DNA of 64,000 nt, taken from contig NMRA01000033.1 in assembly GCA_002633005.1 (NCBI GenBank), positions 131,012 through 195,011 of the forward strand, read 5' to 3'. The notes below the pieces were generated by a model. That model ran no database searches. It saw only the letters and a list, made by a program, of their open reading frames with translations, and was not told the origin of the DNA. Origin of the DNA: Phoronis australis. Lineage: Eukaryota; Animalia; Phoronida. Positions within the stretch are counted from its first letter, which is position 1, and the number at the start of each line of letters is the position of its first letter. Below, one piece after another: positions 54,976 to 64,000 of this stretch. A program made the position numbers and the translations under genes.

Positions 54976-55774
54976 CTACTTTCCCACTAAGCCTTTACTA
55001 CATTGGCATAACACTCTTTACTAACCACAAGAGGCTGAACTTCAGTGGGAACACTCCTTTACTAATGTACGTAATTTACTACGTATCAAATTTACCTTTC
55101 TTCAGAACATGCATAAAATCTAACCCAGCCGCATTTTACTCAGTGGAAAACTGTAACAGCGCTTTCGAGATTTCATCTTGAACACTAAGTCAACGAAATT
55201 TGGTCACGTTATTGTTACCCTTATTTTACTACCAAATTAATGTACCTTCCTTGGTATATTTTAATAAAACGATAAAAGGCATACGAACCAATTCATGGCA
55301 GATTGTAAAAAAATGAAATCGAATTCCGCAGCCTTTCTACTTTCAGAAAATACATACTTTTAATGTGTTAGAATCTATAGTAGATATCTGGCTAAACACG
55401 AAGACTAGTGGACAATGTTCCACATAACCTTAACAGGTATACTCTTCCGCATAATGTCCATATTCAGTTTAATGGCCATCAGTGAAAGTTATAAACGCTT
55501 TCCCAACATCCATGCTCAGCTTTACGACAACCCTAAAATTGCGAATTCGAAAATACAGCACATACACATTGCCTGTATGTAACTTGAGTTGAAGGCTCAT
55601 TCGGCAACAATTTAAGATCGGACAAGTGATGTTTTTTAATGTCAAAGTGCTTTCTTCAAGAATTTAACATTAACAGCTAAACTGGGAGAAAAACAGCTTA
55701 CATAAAAACTGGATTGCGCTTCGTCTATTGCTTGAGAATAAAAAACTGGGGTAATGGTAATCAGCAGGCATGCA

Positions 55775-55824
55775 GTTGCTAGGGGCAACGGAGGTTGCTT
55801 AGTAACTGGGGTTGCCTAGGTGAC
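55775..55824. promoter_or_regulatory. Cluster of three RFX X-box-like palindromes
   Basis: GTTGCTAGGGGCAAC, GTTGCTTAGTAAC and GTTGCCTAGGTGAC within 50 bp. Confidence 0.55.
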
Positions 55825-55897
55825 AGAGGGCTGGAGATTTAAAGAGAATAAGAGCGGGAATTGACAAGGGCCAAGTGGCAGTGGTAGGTGAACCAAC

Positions 55898-55960
55898 CTT
55901 CAAGGGTGAAAGGCGTTGGAAAAAATCTGTTTCACGGCTTGTTTCACCATCATCACACAG
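55898..55960 (-). CDS. Candidate cassette exon of the CTDSP gene (LCDDGETSRETDFFQRLSPLK)
   Basis: 63 nt phase 0-0, TTGTCTTTGCAG acceptor, AAG|GTTGGT donor, inside a phase-0 intron. Confidence 0.5.
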
Positions 55961-57502
55961 CTGCAAAGACAAGCAATATAGGGGCTCAGGCCTCAGGGTC
56001 AGTGCAGACGGATAGCTCTCCTCAAATGTAAACGAGCTCAGCTCATAGCTCACCTCTACGGCAAAACGAACCACGAGGATTTTGCCTTGCGAGGCAGTGA
56101 AGCGAATGTCTCACTAGTTGGATTTCTTTTACCGGGCGAGCATAAATCTTCACAGCCATAATCATTTTGGAGCATTTAATGAAAACTGTGCATTCTGTCT
56201 AACTGAGTTTGTAGTCTGCAGAAATTTGGGACACAGAAACTATTGCAAGAATTGAAACTTCCCGATTCTGGAATTTGGAACAATGGTAATTTTGTCACCA
56301 TATTTCTCAAATTTCAGACGTGTTTTTAATTAACAGAATGGGTAAATTTGCCCTCTTTCTTGAAATTTTCTTTCTTGAAATTGGGACGACCAACATTGCC
56401 TAATAAAATTTGGGACACGCTTCTGCTTCCGACCATCAGCAAAATAATTAATTTTTCAGTCCCAAATTGGGAAGTTTTTACCATAACACATCTGCAAATA
56501 TCATAAGAGTTTGGGAGATACAGCACCTGGATGCAGGACATACACCAGACACCCAGAAAGCAATGTGCACCCACATATATACGTGGGTGAATTGAATTAA
56601 CTTGTCAACTACAGTTTATCTTTGTATGATCATTTCTGTCTGTGACCTCACAAAAAATTGTGCATAGACAGACTGTGTGAGAAACAGTAGTAGCAAACAG
56701 TGCATGTTAATTAATTATATCTTGATAACAAACGTCAATTTATTCTATCCAGAATGAAAAACTGAGATTCTCTTTTTGCAAAGCAAATAACAAGGACACG
56801 AGCAGATCAGCAATATGACAAAATCTTTGGCCAGTGAAAGGAAACATCAATGTTATACATTTAGTATATTTAACAGTAAAAATTACACGAACTGTCATTC
56901 TAAATTATTAGTTATCTACATCTACAAATGTTTGTGCATGCAACATGTCATAAAATATTTTTAAGAAATTGTACCAAAAACGCGTTTGGTAATGTCTGTC
57001 TATTTCCATTAAATTTTGTTGAACTATTGATTTATTGATAGATTTTCAGACATCAAGCTACAGCAGTTGATGATTTCCTGAAGTCAATATTAATTATAAT
57101 CCATCAGCAATACATCACTAGCGTGACACCAAAAAAGAACAGTTAATTTTCAAATATAACTATTTTAGAAAAATAATTAAAGTTCAGAATATCTTGTTTA
57201 AACCTTTATTCAGCAATTTTGGATGCATAAGACCAAATTTTTGTCTCAAACCTGCAAGGAGAAGGCAACCTTTTAATGTCATTTTTAGTAAAAACACGGT
57301 TTGTTGATGATCCCAGACGTATTTTTCAGTAAATAATGACTTCTTGTAATTTTATTAATTAGTTGTGTCGTACTCCAGACGTGACGTTTAGGAAGTAAAG
57401 AATTTTCCGCCATTTTGTTTTCATATAGTTGAGTCAGTCATAGTTTTACCTCGGTTGTGATAAGTTCAGTAGACGTTTGCGTTTGTTTACGACTCAGACA
57501 AC

Positions 57503-57770
57503 ATGCCACACAGTTGCTGTAACGGGTTGTACTCATTATTGTCTCACGCGCACCTTGGGTATGCCATTACATCACTTTCCGAAAGATGACACGCTTCTCC
57601 GTACTTGGCTCGTTCGTGTGAAGAATGAAGCGTTACCGTCTACGCAACGTACAAAGCAGTGGATAATTACAGAATGTGTGGGCAAGCATATTCTGCCGTT
57701 GTATTACGCATGAGATAAAGGTTCCTTCAAAACAACACGTGAAAATTTAGGGTCCCATACTGTCGCTGTC
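57503..57770 (+). pseudogene. Frameshifted THAP-domain remnant
   Basis: MP..AVTGC...LHHFPKDDTLLRTWLVRV...RMC-GKH across frames, matching the THAP C2CH / P-W signature. Confidence 0.75.
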
Positions 57771-57919
57771 GATTCTCGGAAGTGCCCTATCGCCACCACC
57801 GAGAAATGCATTTTTGAAGAGAGTAGCCTCACGAGTTGTGGCCTCCACAGCGACTGGAGTCCCTTCATCTACAGTCACCGTGCCCGCGAACGTAACCCCT
57901 GAGCGTGCAATTCCAGGAA

Positions 57920-58252
57920 CTACAGTAGCAGTGATTCACCGTGTGCTGGTGTTCTCTCCAGCCCAGAGCCTGTAAGCAGCCTTGCAGAGATGTGGATGCT
58001 CAGGTCAACATCCAGTGGGAACAGGCATTCCATTGAGATCAGCACAACAGTGCGAACTGTGCATTTGCACCAAGACGTCCCACCACGTCTATCTTCAGCC
58101 TCTGCCCCATTCCTCAACAGCTGTCTGTGCGTACTCTGCCTCACCACACTCAGAGACTGTTCGGGGAAAAAACTCCTCATAACTGCTGCTACAAACAAAG
58201 TCTCGTCACTAAAGTCACGGTGTCTGTGATATGGGTCGACAACTCCAGCCAT
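57920..58252 (-). pseudogene. Decayed KolX / P2X7-ballast-like ORF
   Basis: MAGVVDPY...DFSDE...TSWCKC....LISMEC pattern resembling PY.FEP / WCxCxxC..M...E..CC; position opposite THAP inside the TIRs. Confidence 0.5.
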
Positions 58253-59432
58253 TTTCAGGCAACTATAAACTAAAAGATTCCTAAAGCAAGCGTAATTGAG
58301 TTCTCTAACATAGTTTGTCGTAGAATACTACTCGATAGGAAGTGGTGACGACAACTTAAGGAAACCAGCACGAAAACAACAGTAGAGCAGATCCCCACAG
58401 TAAACTCGCACGCAATAGAAACAAAATGGCGGGAAATTCTTAACCCCCTAAACGTCACTTCCGGAGTAGTGCACGACTAATTAATTAAATTACGGGGAGC
58501 CGTGATTAACTGAAACACATGTCTGGGATAATCAACGAACTGTATTTTTACTAAAAATTGACATGAAAAAAGGTTGCCTTCCCCTTTAAGTCACTTTTCA
58601 CGAAACATTCGTCTGGTCTTTCAATGAAAGTTGTACCTTAAAACGACATATGGGCATGCATCTTGTAGAAGTTCACGCTTTTACACGAATAATATTTTTT
58701 GTTCAAAAACAGCTCCGATATAAAAATCATTTGAGAACTAGGGTCACCAGCTCCATTTCAGATAATTTCTGCATACTTCGGCAAGTAATTGAGCGATTCA
58801 ATTCCCTACCACTGATATTACCAATGAGAACCACTTAGTAAATTAATTCCAAAGATAACATACAAATGAATTAGTGTTAAGAAATTGTGGTCATTTCTCA
58901 GACAATGAAAAATTAGCTGATACAGGATTAAACTGCCCTTAAAAGGTTTGCGATCCTCGTAAAATCATCTCCATCCACAGAAAGACGTTTTGTTGCTATT
59001 TCCTGTAGATATGAAAGATCAGTCCATATAACATGTACAACTTTTCAGACTGAAAAAAAAATGTGTCGAAATCATACAATAAACCGAAACTGCCTCAACT
59101 CCTATTCACAGTTTTAGCATAAATATCATAACATGATCAACCATAGATTTTGAAAACAGTTCACTTATAAGTGCCCATGTTCATCTAAATAACCCCTCCC
59201 CCACAGGTTACATAGTTGGTGGGTTTTTTAATTCAGTGAAGACTAATAGGCAGCATTACCTCACTATCAATCATAAGGTTAACACTCATCTCTCTTGACT
59301 TTTCAAATATTTTGCAACCTAAATGCCTAAGACCAACACCCAGTCTCTAACATTTCAATTTTCCACAACAAACGCCCTGGGTGTTAAACCAAATAGATAA
59401 AGAAGTTAATGCCCACAAGATGAGCAACTTAC

Positions 59433-59572
59433 CTTGACAGGGTTCCCATTCTCTTCCACAGCCGGAATGTTGACCGGATGTGACGGGGTGGGGTTTGTGC
59501 CGAAACAGCATAACAGTGAGCTAAATATCCGCCGCGTTTTACGTGTCTTCGATGCTACTACCGTCGACGTGT
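59433..59572 (-). CDS. CTDSPL: CTD small phosphatase internal exon (TSTVVASK...IFSSLLCCFG...VEENGNPVK)
   Basis: 140 nt, TTTTCCAG acceptor, GTAAGT donor; SLLCCF and EENG motifs of SCP-family N-termini. Confidence 0.9.
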
Positions 59573-59747
59573 CTGGAAAAGAGAGAAGAAAGTCAGCTTT
59601 CAACTAAAGGATCCGGGCAATCCTTAGACAATGTTTTTGGTGTCATCTTATTTTTGTCTTCTATTTCGCTGAGCAAATGCAATGATTCGTGACAGAACAC
59701 AGAATACATGTGTCGTGTGAAATCTAGGGACAGATAATGCACTGTAA

Positions 59748-60078
59748 AGACCCTGGTTTTCCGTGACAACGGAAAATGGATGAGTTGTGGAACGTGTCTT
59801 CTTTCACTGAATCAGATTTTTCCTACCAATCATTATGCAGCAGACATGTTCAAATTGTTGGTCTTTCTGTAGGTGGCAATGTTCGTTTTTCAGTTTGAAA
59901 AATAATAAAATGGCGTGCAATAAGATATCGGCAAAACAGAGCAGTGGCAATATTAACTCAGGGGAAAATGTAAGGCCATTTTCAAACAATTTTTATGCTA
60001 ATTTACAGAACGGAACAAATCTGGAATTTTACATTTGCTACAATGGATTTCTCTATTTTTGAAAACAAAATACCAGGG
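59748..60078. mobile_element. Second, diverged copy of the 16460 MITE family
   Basis: Shared start AGACCCTGGTTTTC...GGAAAATGGA and shared inner end GGAATTTTAC...ACCAGG. Confidence 0.6.
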
Positions 60079-61005
60079 GAGATGAGTAACGCTAGGACCT
60101 CGCTAAAAAGCAAGACCTCGTGAGATTACGTGACACTTTAGCGAGGTCCTAGTGCTGTTGAACTCTACCCGTATTACTGGTAACTTACAGTTAGACAAAC
60201 TAAATCAGGTCAAGCATAACTGTAAACGTCACAGGCACATTGAAAATTAACCTTTAAAATATATCCCACACAACCTATGATAAGTAAACACCACTTTCTA
60301 CTTCAAAAAGTCAGGGAGTCCACCCTTCGAGAAACTTTCCGAGGGCGATTCAGAAATTGAGACTATAATACTTTACAAAATCCAGCGTTTCTGTAAAGAA
60401 TTTGATAATCACCATGAATAATGACCTTAAGCTTGATTTGTTACCAACCAATCATCAGGGAATTTTTCATTGATCACAATAACTTAGCTTAAAATAAAGT
60501 TTCCTCCACTGCGAACATAAATATTTTTTACTAGTTGCCAAAAACCTTCATTTCTTTACTTTTGCATTGGTGAAAATGGTCAAAATATCTGTTTGTCAAT
60601 GCCACACCTTTACAATATAAACAATGCAATTGATGAAGAAAAGAGTCTTGTTCATTTCTCGAGAATGTCGGTAAAATAAAATCTCACCACTAACTTAAAG
60701 AAACTTTATCAGTAAGCTCAATTTTTGGTGCATTTTTCAAGCAGTCACAAAAATACAGTCTGTGCTAACTCAACACATCACAGCTGCCATCAATCAAAGC
60801 AGAGTCCCACACACAAATTGTGCATAAGTGGGATCCAGGGTGCAAGACATGTGGTTGCTCAGCAGTAAAGCACTCAGTTATTGATGGAGCATATCACCAT
60901 AGTAACCTACTCAAATCCCTCATTCTTTGAGGATTTGCCAAAGTCTCTTCAAAGAACATTAACAACTGCCCTGGTGTAAGAAAGTAGACTCAATACAGCA
61001 GTGAC

Positions 61006-61092
61006 CTGGGTTGTGTTAGGAAAACCTGAAACATTAGCCATACCATGGGCTTTGTTAGGAAGATCTGAAACATTAGCCATACCCTGGGTGGT
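61006..61092. repeat. 38-bp tandem duplication
   Basis: TGTTAGGAA(A/G)A(C/T)CTGAAACATTAGCCATACC occurs twice. Confidence 0.85.
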
Positions 61093-61559
61093 GAGAAATC
61101 TTCACTAATGGAATAGAAAAAATGAATTCTGTCCCATAATTGATGAATAACAACCTCACCAACCAATCACTTCAATGGCTGTCACTTTGCAAGGTGGCCG
61201 CCATTTTGCTAGGTTACGATAGTAAGGTCTTTAGCATACTCACTAAACATTCGCCTTTTGCGTTCGTGATTTTGCATGGTCTTGATTTTTTAGGAGATTC
61301 CTGGGTCTGAGAAAGATACCCCCGGGAGCATTTAAAAAGGGCGACATCAGAAACCAATGTGGAGGTTTTTGTTGGGATTGTATGAATGCCAAGTTGAGAC
61401 ATAATGGAGAGGCATGAATGCGTGACAGGGTGACTGAAGCTGGATACCTGAAGATATTGTACAACACTCTTTTCTCGTGGCAATTGGCCTATCGACAGGA
61501 TTTTGAGTGATGGCTTAACTGACCATTTAGAACACAGCATTATTGACACACCTTCATTT

Positions 61560-61715
61560 CCAAGCCGCCATTTTATCCGACAAACAACACGTTGCAAGAT
61601 AAAAATTACTGTTTGTTAGTCAACATTACGCAAGGGGGCGGAGCTTGCGATAGGTCGATTGATCCCAGTCTAGGGCCTGTTTTCACGACTTGCTACATTA
61701 TATTAACCAATGAGA
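61560..61715 (-). promoter_or_regulatory. Candidate internal promoter of the CTDSP gene
   Basis: GC box GGGGCGGAGC, CCAAT, ATTACGCAA and YY1 GCCGCCATTTT upstream of a GTGAGT donor at 61243. Confidence 0.45.
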
Positions 61716-62822
61716 TCGTCGAAAGTTTGTTGCACATTAGCAAAAATCTCACTATTTGAGAGACAAGGATATGTAGCCATTGCGGTGTTCTGTTGCCAAC
61801 GAGAGCGTTAAGTTAGGTGAAGAGCAAATACATGATTATTTGGTCTTAGCCACAAACATCCACCAGCGATTATTGAATGCGTTATTGGGTAAATACGAAA
61901 TATCAGCTTATTTGACCGACCTGTCGGTTTTAAACAACAAAAACTAGCTTATTTGGTTGACTTGTTGGTTGAATAGTGTTGGTCTCATGAAACAGTAAAC
62001 CTCAACGGCATGACTGGCACCCTAGTTGTAATATGACAAACTAATCATAATACAGAATACTGATCAGCACAGAGTTTACAGCTGTGGGGGCAAGTGTCCT
62101 ACAGATGTACAACATTGTGGGTAAAAACAACAGAATCAGACAGTAGAAGTGTCTAGAAAACCAATCACCTAATACCACAGTAAGCTAATATAGGTAATTT
62201 CGCCTCAGTATAATCAACCAGGGCTTATATTCCCATATGACCAGTTACCTGAATATAACACACCTGTTACAAGTAACCACCAGTGAGAGAGGTCACTTAG
62301 CTCAATTGATTTCTGAACCGACAGGTGTGAAAGATTGCACGTGTAAATAAATTGCACATGTGGTAAAACCTCACCAATTTCAAACAAAAAGTGCCTCGGT
62401 TGTTTATTCGTTTTCCCCCATTTTTAAAGGCTTCTAACAATGTTGTGAAAGCCCATAATTTCTCACAACCATCATCCAGGTGGTACCCAAGGTATTCATC
62501 TTTAAAAATGATAAAGTATTTACTAGCTGTTACATATCTTGCTCGAAAAAAATGAAGAAATAAAATTTCACGTGCAGCCATATCGTGTCCTCAACTAGTG
62601 AGATTTAACTGCACATTAAGTGTATAATAATTAGCCACATGCAACATTTGAACATCATGGGTTGGTTGACAACATTTTACTGCTTCAAACTATTGTGTTT
62701 AAAGCAGTAGTCTTATAAAGTTCAGTATTTCTAGTTTAAAAGTTTCCATCAGTTCTGAGCAATGCAAGGCTGGGCCATTTAATACACTTAATAGTATTCT
62801 ATTCTCTGAGTTCCATCAGTAT

Positions 62823-62990
62823 TACCGTAAACGTTCGGGTTAGCGCCCTGGGCGGTTAAATTGACAAACGCAAAAAATCGGGGGTGGGTGGTTAACCAGA
62901 CATGGGCGCTTAAATGTGAAATTTCAAGAAATCCAGGGTGGGCGGTTAACCGAACATGGGCGCTTATTATGCCCTGGGCGGTTAATCTTA
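62823..62990. mobile_element. Tc1/pogo-like transposon end
   Basis: TA-CCGTAAACGTTCGGGTTAGCGCCC terminus with repeated GGGCGGTTAA subterminal motifs; similar start at about 22237. Confidence 0.5.
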
Positions 62991-64000
62991 CCTCGTGATC
63001 TAAGTCCCCACACCACACACGCACTCGAAACGCGTAGCACTTTTTAAAGAGCGTTATCGTCACGTCGCCACATGACGGGGAAAATGTCATAACAGCGGAT
63101 GATCCCAACAAAGGTTCTCTTGCCCTCAGATTAGTTATTCACTCTATTAAATTTACAGAATTGCTGAGTAATAGCCCCGTGCCATCCTGCGGTCTTGTTA
63201 CTTTGCCCTGCGCAGCGCAGACGACCAGAGACCACGCAGTCTCTACTTGGATTGCAAATATTTCAACACGTGACCTTGCTAAAGTGCGCGCGTGCAAGCT
63301 TCACTTGTTGCAGAGGTCACAGCAGACATCAAATTTATGGTTACAGTCTCGTACTAGCTGCCAAGTTCATAGTCAGAGAGCAGTTTTAAAATTAGTTGTA
63401 ATAAAAATTTGATAAACTTAACTCAGATGTTTTTTTGTGTTTGGGATGTCGACACTCCGTGACTCAATGACATTCTCAGCGTATGGTTCTGAGGCTAGCT
63501 TTTTTATCTCGACCGCCCGGCATTGCTCACTTGCCGTTGTGCCAAACATGCTCGGCAAAGAAGTAGGCCTAAGACAAGAATCGGGGTGAGCCACTCGTCA
63601 ATCAACAATAAAATTTCGAGCCACGGCATCCAATATGTGATAAAACGCCACAAAACAGCGATGTTTCAATTCATTCTTAAACGATCACCTTACCAAACTT
63701 CGTGGTGGAAAAACATTTATTTTTCATGCAGGATGTCCAGATTATCCTATTTATATCACTTGCAAAATCGCATTGCGGCACTGTTCGGTCAGGCTGTTAG
63801 CGCGCAATGTCTCAGTCGGCTGACAATCGTGATTTATAAATGCCGTCAAGTAATATAACGGCCTCTTTCGATATATGCACCTCGTTTTTTATGGCAAAAG
63901 ATAGCGGCGGGATTCAGCACGCACGTAGGGCCTACGTGTGAGTCACCTGTCAATCACATGTTGGTGTCAAGGTAACATGCACTCCAAAGTGTGGGAACTT

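Larger units (their letters stand above)
57257..58585. mobile_element. Internally deleted Kolobok-like DNA transposon
   Basis: About 165-bp imperfect terminal inverted repeats beginning AGG(A/G)GAAGGCAACC; TTAA at right flank (TGCA at left); decayed THAP and KolX-like ORFs arranged convergently. Confidence 0.8.

Noticed and set aside
35347-59432. Intronic miR-26 as in vertebrate CTDSP genes
   Set aside because: No match to TTCAAGTAATCCAGGATAGG seen on either strand by eye; the family is considered vertebrate-specific
61214-61597. 127-aa ORF as an independent gene
   Set aside because: Non-ATG start, no recognisable domain, donor phase incompatible with the CTDSP exon in that frame

Overview
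AT-rich animal genomic DNA (probably an invertebrate bilaterian; species not determinable from sequence) with two spliced genes in tandem on the minus strand. (1) A CTD small phosphatase (CTDSP/SCP family, DLDET motif): coding exons traced from 59572 down to the stop at 35224; the canonical first exon was not found in the window. (2) An AGAP/centaurin-gamma ArfGAP gene starting at 26912 and running off the left edge. Its GTPase-like domain exons are clear. They are followed by a run of phase-0 candidate exons, four of which carry paralogous versions of the TPxxxRKxRRxSxFT motif. Introns contain hAT-, Harbinger- and Tc1-like MITEs, an internally deleted Kolobok-like transposon (THAP plus KolX-like remnants), two tRNA-derived SINE copies, a Penelope remnant ending in a minimal hammerhead-ribozyme motif, minisatellites, and an N-gap flanked by a duplication with a possible hAT excision footprint. 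All calls were made by eye, without database searches or expression data.
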